Shown in pieces: positions 8,422-17,011 of a DNA stretch of 64,000 nt. The stretch is from Chthoniobacterales bacterium (GTDB lineage Bacteria; Verrucomicrobiota; Verrucomicrobiia; Chthoniobacterales; Chthoniobacteraceae). The notes under the pieces are model-generated. The model made no database searches. It saw nothing but the letters and a program-made list of their open reading frames with translations, and was not told where the DNA came from. The stretch's first letter is position 1. Each line of letters begins with the position of its first letter. Location of the stretch: the NCBI GenBank assembly GCA_038207335.1, contig JBBQZX010000003.1, forward strand, positions 128,001 to 192,000, read 5' to 3'. The translations under genes and the position numbers were made by a program.

Positions 8422-11400
8422 TCACCGATCGACCGTGATGCTCAGCGCTTCGATCGACACGTTGCTCGCGTTGTTGTCGAGCCCTTGCATCATCGGGACG
8501 AAGAGCAATTCATCGCCCGCCGCGAGATCGACTTCGGCCTTCAATTCAACCGGCGAGCCATCGCGCGGCAGCGAGAACCAGGTGATCTCCGCCGCGCGTT
8601 GCGTGTCCCTTTTCCGGAGCGAAAGCGGGATGCTTTTTGCATTTCCTTCCCACGGCTTGCTGCGCGCACTGCCCGCGACTTTGTAACGCCCTGCGTTCGG
8701 CGCGATGAACGCGAGCGCCGGGATTTTCGGGAAGTTGAACTCGTTCCCGCCCCACGAACCGAGCGCTGCGAGATTCACCTTTCCATCCTCCACGCGTGCG
8801 CTCGGATGCCCGCCCTGCGAATGATCCGGCGCGGTCCAGACCGTGCCGTTCCAGACCATCGGCGAGTAGTTCGACGTGAGATTCGCGTCGCCCGGGTAGA
8901 GCCGGTCGAGCCGCCAAATCGGCTGCCCGTCCGCCGCTGCCGGATTCCCGGCGGCGTTCCCTTTCTCCCGCCCCTCCCACGCCGCAGGCAGTCTGTAGCC
9001 TTGATTCGCGGGCGGTGCAGTCGCGTCGCTGAGCGAAAGTGAGAAGTCCTTCAGCTTCAAATCGCCGCCCGCAAACATCCCGTCGATCTGCGGCAGCAGC
9101 GTCAGTTCGTCCCCAGCCGTCAGCTCCACGCTCCGGCCTTCCAGCGACGTCTCGGCATTGTTGGCGACCGTCACATCCACCACCTTTTCCACCATGCCTC
9201 CCGCGCGCTTCAGCAAATGCAGGGTCGTGTTATTTTTGCTGTCCCACATGCGCGCCGCCGCCGCGCCGTGCAGCGCGTAGGTGCCATCGCGCGGCGCGAT
9301 GAACGTCAGCCCCGCGGTGCGAAGATGTCGGTCATTCCCCGGCCCATGCGGAGCGCGCGTGCCAAAGGTCAGCGCGCCGTCTTTGAGTCCCGCGCCCGGC
9401 TGCCCGCCGAAGCCGCCGTCCTTCACATTCCAGTCCGTCCCCGTCCACGTCATCGCACGGAAATTTCCCGGCTTCTTCCAGTCGTCGGGCCACAATTGCT
9501 CCAGCTTCCACACCGGCTTCCCGTCCGCCATCGCCACGCTCCCCTCGCTTTCGCCCTTCGCTTTTCCCTCCCACACCGGCGGAAGCTTCCACACCGGAGC
9601 GGCTCCGCGTGCGGCCTGCGTCACAAAGCTCGCGTGCTTCCGATCCAGCGCCTCCATCGCTGCCAGCATCGCCTTTCCCGCCGTCTTCGCGCTCGTGTAG
9701 AGCAGCACCGGACGCCCCGTTTTCGACAGCACGATCCGTTTCGGAGCTGCGCTCGCATTTCCCATGATGTCCTCCGAGATCCACGCCGCGCCCATCGGCG
9801 GCAACTCCACCGCCGCGTCCCCTTTCGCGTCACGATCCGCGTACGCGATCACCACGCCGCGCCCATTTCGCAGATCCTGAAAAATCGCGAGATTCGCCCC
9901 CGGCGGCCGCACGAACCCGACCTCGTCGCTCTCGCCGATGTGGTGATTCAGCACATTCCACATCCCCACCAGCGGATTCGGATAACCATACCAGTCCCAC
10001 AGCATCTGCCCCGGCCCGCTGTAATCCCAAAAACTCTGCCCGTGATCCTCGTACGCGATGTGGAAAAGCACCGTCTTCTCCTGCCCCGAGATCGTCATTT
10101 CCGCCACACTGTCCGCTTGCTCGTTCGTGCTCTGCGCCGCCGTCAGGTGCGTGCACGCGATCGGCTCATCGACCGCGGTATTGGTAAAAGCCCACCCTTC
10201 ATTGAACCACAGCTCCACGTTCTTTCCGCCCGCCTCGTCCATGTTCTGCCGCATCCGCCGGATCGCCTGCGCATCCGCGAGCCAGCCCGCGTGGTAGTCG
10301 TGCCACGACATCACATCGATGAATTTCAGCCCGCCCGCGCGGAAAAAGAACCCGTTCACCGGGCTCGGAATCCCATACACGTTGTTCACCATGATCGGCT
10401 TTTTCGGCGCGTATTTCCGCAGCATGCGCGCGGTGCGAATCGTGAACTTCGCGTAAACCTCGCCCAGCTTCGCATCCAGCCACCGGTCGAATTCCGGCTC
10501 ATTCTCGATCTCGAAAATGATCGACTGTCCCGCGTAATGCTCCGCCGACGCGCGCACGAATTTATCCCAGACCGTCTCCGTCCCGAGATCGTCCCAGCGC
10601 GGATCCTCCGCCGCCCAGCGCATGTCCGTCGGGAGTGGACTTCCCTTTTCCATGATCCACTTTGGCGGCGGGTAAAGGACGAGGTGCGATGAAATCCCGT
10701 GCGACTCATTGCGGTCGAGCGCCTTGTCCTCCCAGTGAAAATCCCACGTCTTCACATCCTCGAGATTCGCCGGCTTCACGGGCAGATGATCCTCCCCATT
10801 CGCGTGCGGCTGCCACCGCGCCCAGCCGAACCCGATCAACTGCATCTTCTCGATCACCCCCAATCCGCCCGCAAACGACGCGCCGAAACGCTCGCGGAAA
10901 TCCGGCTTCGTCGCCGCCATCGGGTAGGGGATTGAGGTTAGGGGAAAGTCCGACCTGTCGATCTCCGCGCCCTTTTCATCCAGCGCCGAGAGCCGTGCAA
11001 AAACCAGCCCCGTCCGCGTCAGGGGCAGCGACGTCTTCGCCGCGAACGTCTTCCCCGGCGCAATCGTCACCTTCGCATCCACCGGTGCCGTCACAGCCTG
11101 CACGCCTTCATAATCCACGAGCTGCCACCGCACCGTCACCGTCCGCGGCTCGCTCCCCGGATTCGACACATGCGCCGCCATCTCTGCCGTCGCGCCTTTC
11201 TTAAAAGCATTGCCCCACGCGCTCTCCCATCCGCTCAGATTCGTGCAGTCCGCCACCACCTCCACCGCGCGCCGCGGCACATAAGCCGGCGTCCCCTCGC
11301 TCCCCACCGTCACCGTCACCCCATCGACTAGGATCGGCCGATCGTAGCCGCCGATCTGCACGAGGTAGTGCGGGAACGGCCAAAAGCCATCCGCCGGCAC

Positions 11401-11802
11401 ATCCGCCTTCCACGTAAACGACACTCGCTTCCACTCCGTCCCGATCTCCGCGCTCTGCTCCGCCTCGCGCTGCCAGAGCCGGTGCGCCTTCGTCCCCACC
11501 TCCCGCGCGCTCGGCGGCATCTGCACCCCCACGCGTCCCGGCGCCTCGCCTTTCACGAAAAAGGACACCGTCATCGGCTCCCCGCGCACTGCGACGAAAG
11601 GCGCGCTCATCACATTCCCCTTCGCGATCCGCAGCGCGTATTCACCGACGGCCGCATCCTTCACGAGCGTGTCATTTTTCGCATCGATCTGATGCCAATA
11701 CAGCAGCCCCCCCTCAAACGACCCATTCCGCAAAACATTCTCCGGCCCCGCAAAAGCAGAAGAGGCAAACACAACAGCAGCAAAGAAAGAGGATCGAAAC
11801 AT
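8422..11802 (-). CDS. Secreted multidomain glycoside hydrolase-like protein (CBM4/9-like domain, clan GH-A barrel, two duplicated C-terminal domains)
   Basis: Signal peptide MFRSSFFAAVVFASSAFA. NVLRNGSFEGG CBM-like start. IENEPE (acid/base) and WFNEGW (nucleophile-like) motifs. Confidence 0.7.
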   Translation of the reverse strand: MFRSSFFAAVVFASSAFAGPENVLRNGSFEGGLLYWHQIDAKNDTLVKDAAVGEYALRIAKGNVMSAPFVAVRGEPMTVSFFVKGEAPGRVGVQMPPSAREVGTKAHRLWQREAEQSAEIGTEWKRVSFTWKADVPADGFWPFPHYLVQIGGYDRPILVDGVTVTVGSEGTPAYVPRRAVEVVADCTNLSGWESAWGNAFKKGATAEMAAHVSNPGSEPRTVTVRWQLVDYEGVQAVTAPVDAKVTIAPGKTFAAKTSLPLTRTGLVFARLSALDEKGAEIDRSDFPLTSIPYPMAATKPDFRERFGASFAGGLGVIEKMQLIGFGWARWQPHANGEDHLPVKPANLEDVKTWDFHWEDKALDRNESHGISSHLVLYPPPKWIMEKGSPLPTDMRWAAEDPRWDDLGTETVWDKFVRASAEHYAGQSIIFEIENEPEFDRWLDAKLGEVYAKFTIRTARMLRKYAPKKPIMVNNVYGIPSPVNGFFFRAGGLKFIDVMSWHDYHAGWLADAQAIRRMRQNMDEAGGKNVELWFNEGWAFTNTAVDEPIACTHLTAAQSTNEQADSVAEMTISGQEKTVLFHIAYEDHGQSFWDYSGPGQMLWDWYGYPNPLVGMWNVLNHHIGESDEVGFVRPPGANLAIFQDLRNGRGVVIAYADRDAKGDAAVELPPMGAAWISEDIMGNASAAPKRIVLSKTGRPVLLYTSAKTAGKAMLAAMEALDRKHASFVTQAARGAAPVWKLPPVWEGKAKGESEGSVAMADGKPVWKLEQLWPDDWKKPGNFRAMTWTGTDWNVKDGGFGGQPGAGLKDGALTFGTRAPHGPGNDRHLRTAGLTFIAPRDGTYALHGAAAARMWDSKNNTTLHLLKRAGGMVEKVVDVTVANNAETSLEGRSVELTAGDELTLLPQIDGMFAGGDLKLKDFSLSLSDATAPPANQGYRLPAAWEGREKGNAAGNPAAADGQPIWRLDRLYPGDANLTSNYSPMVWNGTVWTAPDHSQGGHPSARVEDGKVNLAALGSWGGNEFNFPKIPALAFIAPNAGRYKVAGSARSKPWEGNAKSIPLSLRKRDTQRAAEITWFSLPRDGSPVELKAEVDLAAGDELLFVPMMQGLDNNASNVSIEALSITVDR

Positions 11803-12283
11803 AGCCCTGCATAACCATTGGCCTCTCCCTTCCGTAACCATTTTTTCCCTCCCGTAAAATCGCGCCTCAAACGCGCAGATCGGATCGAGTAAAGCTCGAG
11901 TCTCGTGCTACATATTCATAATCCCATCGGCAAAAAATGCCGGTGCCTTTTCGTCGCTGCCAAACGGCATTCGCAAAAATGCGTATCGGGGATTGCCACC
12001 CCCTGCTTAACGTGATACCCCCGATCACAGTTGTGTTCTGCACTGCACCCGTTGCCAGAACCGCCGGGTGACCTGCGATCACCCATCGCAGCGGCGCGCG
12101 ATCTTTCCACCCGCTTCCGCAAAGTGCGCAGTTTCCGGTTGACAACCTGCGCACCTCTGTGCAAATCCGCGCCCATCTCACCCGCGTCCGTGCAAGCGGC
12201 AGGCAGCACGGAGCGGAGTGCGACGCCACCGATTTTACCATGCGAAAGCAAGTAACAGCGCGGAGTGCAGCCCCGATGGCACG

Positions 12284-12610
12284 ATGATCCCCCGACGATG
12301 CGTCACGCGTGCGCTTCTCATCTTTTCCGCCTTCTGCGCCGGCTGCACATGGCACGCTTCCGATGGCTCGCGCCGCACTCTCATAGTCGGAATCGGCGTG
12401 CTGAAAGAGCAGGGGACGCCCGGTCAGGCCACGGTCTCCACCTCCACAACGCTCGGCCTCGCCGCGCAACTCGACACTCCGCGTTCTGGCCTCGCGCTCG
12501 GCTTTGCCAACTCCGTCACCACACGCATCCCCGCCGCCTGGAACGGCACCCTTCACATCGACCGCCAAAGCATCACCGCCAACCCCACGGCCCCACGCAC
12601 CCAGCCATGA
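12284..12610 (+). CDS. Small lipoprotein of unknown function (108 aa)
   Basis: MIPRRCVTRALLIFSAFCAGC signal with lipobox-like AGC. Its stop overlaps the next ATG (ATGA). Confidence 0.65.
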   Translation: MIPRRCVTRALLIFSAFCAGCTWHASDGSRRTLIVGIGVLKEQGTPGQATVSTSTTLGLAAQLDTPRSGLALGFANSVTTRIPAAWNGTLHIDRQSITANPTAPRTQP

Positions 12611-13368
12611 CACTCCGAACATTCCTCTTCTCCATCCTCCTCGCAGCGTTCTCAGCGGGCTGCGCCACGAATGGCTACATCACTAGCGGAGTGGCCACCG
12701 TCGTCGGCCTCGACGTGAGCGAAAACCCGAAGACGCAAATCCCGCATGTGAAATTCGGATACGCCCGCACCGGGCTTTACTACGTGCCGACGGGCAAGAC
12801 GGCTTATGGCGACCCGCGCCGGCAGGGCAGCGGCGATGCCGCGTCGAATCACGACTCAGTGAAGGACACGCCGAATGTCGTCAGCGAGATTTTCGTCCAC
12901 TCGAAATTTCTGTCCGAGGTCACGATCTCGGAGAAATTCGCGATCGGCGATGCGGCGGTGAAAAGCGACGCGGCGGTGACGAATTTCGCAAACGTCGCCC
13001 CGCAGCAGGTCGCATCCGGGGGCGGCGCGGTGACCGCCCCCGTGCGGATGGTTGTGACGCCCTCGCGCGAGCAGCGGCGGCAATTCGGAGCGGAAGACGC
13101 ACAATCACGCATCGACGATGCCACGCAGGAGAAGGCTGTGAGGAAGTTGCGTCTCGACACGAACGCCGCGTATCAGGCGCTGCCTCAAAGCGTGAAAGAC
13201 GAACCCGACTTCTACGTCGATGCCGTCAATGCGCTCCACCTCGGCGGCACGCCGGTGCAGAGCGCGAGCGAGGCGGAATATCTCAAGGCCTTCGACAAGG
13301 AACGATCGCCGGAAAATCTTCGCAACCTCCGCACCTTCCTCGACTCGAAAAAACCCAAGCAACGCTGA
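12607..13368 (+). CDS. Lipoprotein of unknown function (253 aa)
   Basis: MTLRTFLFSILLAAFSAGC lipobox (Cys19). Start reassigned from 12265 to 12607. Confidence 0.8.
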   Translation: MTLRTFLFSILLAAFSAGCATNGYITSGVATVVGLDVSENPKTQIPHVKFGYARTGLYYVPTGKTAYGDPRRQGSGDAASNHDSVKDTPNVVSEIFVHSKFLSEVTISEKFAIGDAAVKSDAAVTNFANVAPQQVASGGGAVTAPVRMVVTPSREQRRQFGAEDAQSRIDDATQEKAVRKLRLDTNAAYQALPQSVKDEPDFYVDAVNALHLGGTPVQSASEAEYLKAFDKERSPENLRNLRTFLDSKKPKQR

Positions 13369-13392
13369 CGCCCAACGCAACCCTTCCTCAAA

Positions 13393-14754
13393 ATGAACCC
13401 GCTCATCGAAACTGCCGTACTCGTGGAAGAAGAATGCACCTCGCGCGAGGTGCTCGCAAAGTCTCTCAACGAACTCCAGCAAACGAACCGCGAAATAGTT
13501 GCCTTCGGGCTCGGGCAATCGACCAAAGGAGACTTCAACGTCTATGACTACATCATCAACGGCAAGGCTCCGAAGCTCGGGGAAATTCTCGTCTTTCCCA
13601 TCGCCGCCGCCACCGCGGAGGCCGAGTTGCGCCGCATTCTCGCCGACCACACTATCATCTCCTACACCGAGGCCCTGATCGGTGGAAAAGTCGAGGACAT
13701 CCTCGTCGCGCGTGCTGGGGCGACTCTGAAGCTCACCGGCACCATGTCCACCTTCGGCGGCCCCACGGACACCGGCATGAAGCCGAATGAAGGCCTCGCG
13801 ATCGTGCGCGATTCCGACCTAGCGGCCGCGGAAATCGCCGCGCTCTTCATCGACCCCAAGCGTGGCGCAAAAGGGCGCAACTTGAAAAACGATGCAGCTC
13901 GCTACATCGCGTGCCGCTGGGTCTATAGCCAGACTCCGCGCGAATTCCTCCTCCGCACACTCGTCACCGTGCGCAATCCCGCCAGCGGCGTTTCGTTCCA
14001 AGCGCGCCCGGTCGATTGGGGTCCGTCGAAGACAACGGGCCGCGTCGCCGACCTTTCCGACAAACTCGCCGCCGACCTCGGTCTACACACCGACCAAGAG
14101 TGCGAAGTCTTCGTCCCGCTGCCGGGGCGTGTCGGCCTCGGCCTCGAGAAAATCGGCCGTGGCACCGACGCATTCCGGGACACGCTCGTCCGCGTGGCGC
14201 AGGGGCAGGCGGCGAAATATGAAGGCATCAACGAATCCAGCGAACCGCTGCGCTCGCGGATCAAAGGCTACTGGGACGAATGCAAAGGGGCGGGTTTCGC
14301 CAATTTCGACTTTGAAAATGTCGGCGTCGCATGGTCGGCCGCCTTCACCTCGTGGTGCATCCTCCAGGCGGGAGCAAGCGGAGCGGACTTCGCATTTTCA
14401 CCCAGACACTCCCACTACATTCGCAACGCCATCCAGCGCGCTCTGGCCAATCCCGCTGCCACATTCGTCGGCGTGCGGATTGAAGATTACGCGCCTCAGC
14501 CTGGCGACCTCATCCACATCAACCGTTCGAAGAGCGAGACTATCCAATACGACGACGCGGCGACCAGGGACAGCTACGAATCCCACTGTGCGATCGTCGT
14601 CGGCATCGGGAAAGACGAGCACGGCCCGTGCGCCTTTACCATCGGCGGTAACGAAAGCGACAGCGTCCGTACCCACCGAGTCGCGCTCCACGCCGACGGG
14701 AAAATCGTCCAAAAATCGCCCTTTCCCTACATCTGCGTTCTCCGCACGACGTGA
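13393..14754 (+). CDS. Putative peptidoglycan hydrolase: unknown N-domain, RlpA-like double-psi beta-barrel, DUF2272 (CHAP/NlpC-like) domain
   Basis: TFGGPTD...YIACRW...ARPVDWGP...GRVADLS (DPBB-like). AWSAAFTSW...HSHYI...PQPGDLI...SHCAIVV...IGGNESDSV (DUF2272-like). No signal peptide. Confidence 0.75.
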   Translation: MNPLIETAVLVEEECTSREVLAKSLNELQQTNREIVAFGLGQSTKGDFNVYDYIINGKAPKLGEILVFPIAAATAEAELRRILADHTIISYTEALIGGKVEDILVARAGATLKLTGTMSTFGGPTDTGMKPNEGLAIVRDSDLAAAEIAALFIDPKRGAKGRNLKNDAARYIACRWVYSQTPREFLLRTLVTVRNPASGVSFQARPVDWGPSKTTGRVADLSDKLAADLGLHTDQECEVFVPLPGRVGLGLEKIGRGTDAFRDTLVRVAQGQAAKYEGINESSEPLRSRIKGYWDECKGAGFANFDFENVGVAWSAAFTSWCILQAGASGADFAFSPRHSHYIRNAIQRALANPAATFVGVRIEDYAPQPGDLIHINRSKSETIQYDDAATRDSYESHCAIVVGIGKDEHGPCAFTIGGNESDSVRTHRVALHADGKIVQKSPFPYICVLRTT

Positions 14755-14761
14755 GGAAAAT

Positions 14762-14795
14762 TTTGAAACGCGGGAGCGAGCTCCCGCGCTTCAAA
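14762..14795. repeat. GC-rich palindrome / REP-like hairpin
   Basis: TTTGAA-A-CGCGGGAGC-GA-GCTCCCGCG-C-TTCAAA right after the 14754 stop. Confidence 0.55.
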
Positions 14796-14857
14796 GGCCA
14801 TCCCTCCACACATCAACGCCGCACCCGCTGCGCGACCTGCCGCGTCCTTTCACCCAC

Positions 14858-14898
14858 AAAAACAAATTGCCGACCGGGCGGACCCGGTCGGCGATTTG
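14858..14898 (-). terminator. Intrinsic terminator of rplA-rplJ-rplL
   Basis: Minus strand CAAATCGCCGACCGGG-TCCG-CCCGGTCGGCAATTTG followed by TTTTT. Confidence 0.8.
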
Positions 14899-14952
14899 AA
14901 GGAGACTCCAAACGGCGCGGAGGCCGGGCGGAGCATGAGTTGAAACGTCGAG

Positions 14953-15333
14953 TTACTTGATCTCGACCTTGGCGCCTGCCGCTTCGATCTTCTTCTTGAT
15001 CTCTTCGGCTTCTTCCTTGGTGATGCCCTCTTTGAGAGCCTTCGGAGCGCCTTCGACAAGGGCTTTCGCCTCCGCGAGACCGAGGCCGGCCACGCAAGCG
15101 CGGACTTCCTTGATGACGGAGATCTTGTTTGCGCCAGCTTCCTTGAGGATGACATCGAAGGACGTCTTCTCCTCGACAGGAGCGGCTGCGGCTCCACCAC
15201 CAGCGGGTGCGGCGGCTGCGACGGGTGCTGCGGCGCTGACGCCCCACTTGGTTTCGAGTGATTTCACGAGTTCAGCGACTTCGAGGACGGTGAGTCCGCT
15301 GAGCTGTTCGACGAGTGCGTTGGTATCTGCCAT
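14953..15333 (-). CDS. rplL: 50S ribosomal protein L7/L12
   Basis: [41 protein letters not shown]. Confidence 0.98.
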   Translation of the reverse strand: MADTNALVEQLSGLTVLEVAELVKSLETKWGVSAAAPVAAAAPAGGGAAAAPVEEKTSFDVILKEAGANKISVIKEVRACVAGLGLAEAKALVEGAPKALKEGITKEEAEEIKKKIEAAGAKVEIK

Positions 15334-15506
15334 ATATCTGCTTTTTTGCGGTATCGTCGCGACCCGAGGCTTCGGGCCATTTCAGCCGGGCAGCCGCCCA
15401 GCCGACGAGGAACCATTGGTTTTGGTTTTGGTTTTTGGTGCGAGAGCCAATCGCGGCGCTCGCGGAGGTTTCGCAGGTCGCCCGGCGAAAAGGGTTGGAT
15501 TGAAGG

Positions 15507-16121
15507 TTATGCTGCGGGAGGGGCTTCCGGCTCGGGCGCTGGTGCCGCGGCTTCGGGTGCCGGAGCTGCAGCTTCCGGCTCAGCAGCGGCTGCCTCTGAC
15601 GCGGGCGCTTCGCCGCCGCCTTGGTCGGCCTTAGCCTGGAGGACGCGAGCCAACGCGGAGGCGGGCTCGTTGAGGGTGCGGACGAGTTTGCTCGCCGGGG
15701 CTTGCAGGACACCGAGGAGGGTGGCCAGCAGGACTTCGCGCGACGGGAGGTCGGCGATGGCGTCGATTTGCTCGGTGGTGACGACCATGCGATCGACGAC
15801 TCCGGTGCGGACGGACGGCTTCTTGAACTCGGCGGTGAAGGTCTTGAGGACCTTTGCAGCCGCAGCAACGTCTTTGTCGCCGATGACGATGGCGTTTTGC
15901 CCGCGCAGCTCGCCGAGTTCCGGGTAGCCGGCTTCTTTTGCGGCGCGCTTGAGGAAGGTGTTTTTGACGACGTGGCAGCGGGCACCGACATCGGCGAGGC
16001 GGTTGCGCAGGTCGCTGAAGCGCGAAACGGTGAGGCCGGTGTAATCGGCGACGAAGAGGAACGGTGAGCCGTTCAGCTTCTGCTGGAGGTCTTCTACGAT
16101 GACGACTTTATCAGGGTGCAT
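15507..16121 (-). CDS. rplJ: 50S ribosomal protein L10 with Ala/Pro/Glu-rich C-terminal tail
   Basis: DYTGLTV, LRNRL, VVKNTF, LPSREVLLA. Start ATG 16121. Confidence 0.96.
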   Translation of the reverse strand: MHPDKVVIVEDLQQKLNGSPFLFVADYTGLTVSRFSDLRNRLADVGARCHVVKNTFLKRAAKEAGYPELGELRGQNAIVIGDKDVAAAAKVLKTFTAEFKKPSVRTGVVDRMVVTTEQIDAIADLPSREVLLATLLGVLQAPASKLVRTLNEPASALARVLQAKADQGGGEAPASEAAAAEPEAAAPAPEAAAPAPEPEAPPAA

Positions 16122-16140
16122 GTGCGTGTGTGGCTCCGGT

Positions 16141-16842
16141 TTAAGACTTGAGGAAGGGGCTCGCATCGACGCGCACCCCGGGGGACATGGTGGCCGCGAG
16201 GGTCACGTTCTCGACGAATTTGCCCTTCGCGCTGGCGGGCCGCGCTTTCACGACGGCGTCGATGACGGCCGAACCGTTATCGGTGAGCGCCTGCGCTTCA
16301 AAGGAGATCTTGCCGACTGGCACGGCGCAGTTGCCGTTTTTGTCGAGCTTGAATTCGACGCGTCCGGCTTTCACTTCGCGCACTGCTTTCGCAGTGTCTT
16401 CGGTGACGGTGCCGGTCTTCGGGTTCGGCATGAGCCCGCGAGGCCCGAGGACTTTGCCGAGTTTCCGCACTTCGGCCATGCAGGCCGGGGTGGCAACCGC
16501 GACGTCGAAGTCCTGAAAGCCACCGACGCACTTCTCGATCAGGTCCTTGTAGCCGACGTATTCCGCGCCGGCGTCCTTTGCCGCACGCGCTGCATCGCCT
16601 TCTGCGAAGACGAGGACGCGGACGACTTTGCCCGAGCCGTGGGGCAGGGGACAGGTGCCGCGGACCATTTGGTCGGACTGGCGAGGATCGACTCCGAGGC
16701 GGAACGAGAGGGTGACCGTCTGGTCAAACTTCGGGGCCGGGAAGGCTTTGAGGACCGTGATGGCCTCTGCGAGCGAGTAGCTCTTCTTTGCGTCCACCTT
16801 TTCGGCGGCGGCGCGATACCGTTTGCTGCGTTTGGTTTGCAT
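16141..16842 (-). CDS. rplA: 50S ribosomal protein L1
   Basis: [40 protein letters not shown]. Confidence 0.98.
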   Translation of the reverse strand: MQTKRSKRYRAAAEKVDAKKSYSLAEAITVLKAFPAPKFDQTVTLSFRLGVDPRQSDQMVRGTCPLPHGSGKVVRVLVFAEGDAARAAKDAGAEYVGYKDLIEKCVGGFQDFDVAVATPACMAEVRKLGKVLGPRGLMPNPKTGTVTEDTAKAVREVKAGRVEFKLDKNGNCAVPVGKISFEAQALTDNGSAVIDAVVKARPASAKGKFVENVTLAATMSPGVRVDASPFLKS

Positions 16843-16850
16843 GATGTGGT

Positions 16851-16879
16851 GCAGTGCGAACGAGTGTGAACTCTCCTGC
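16851..16879 (-). promoter_or_regulatory. L1-binding mRNA leader (autoregulatory site)
   Basis: Minus strand GCAG-GA-GAGT-TCAC-ACTC-GTTCGCA-CTGC: two helices around an asymmetric GA/7-nt internal loop, 8 nt before the rplA ATG. Same topology as known L1 mRNA targets. Confidence 0.7.
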
Positions 16880-16904
16880 TGTTAGGGTTTGAAAAAGGGC
16901 GCGC

Positions 16905-16932
16905 AGCATCAGCGTGCGCGGAACGAATGCAA
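16905..16932 (-). promoter_or_regulatory. Putative sigma70-type promoter of rplA
   Basis: TTGCAT-N16-GATGCT followed by a GC-rich discriminator GCGCGCCC. Confidence 0.4.
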
Positions 16933-17011
16933 GCAGAATCTCGCATTGCGCGATTTTTCCCCCATGCGGGGGAAGGGCGCCGGTCTGGAGTGTCTGCGGC
17001 CTAGAGCGGCG

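Noticed and set aside
12265..12606. N-terminal 114 aa of the 12265-13368 ORF
   Set aside because: Arg/His-rich off-frame reading of lipoprotein 1. The real start is the ATG at 12607 with a clean signal peptide
11867..12622. 251-aa minus-strand ORF
   Set aside because: No recognisable motifs, and it overlaps the better supported plus-strand lipoprotein on the opposite strand
12284..14754. Prophage lysis cassette interpretation
   Set aside because: No holin-like multi-TM gene, integrase, att-like repeats or structural phage genes nearby. Retained only as one functional analogy
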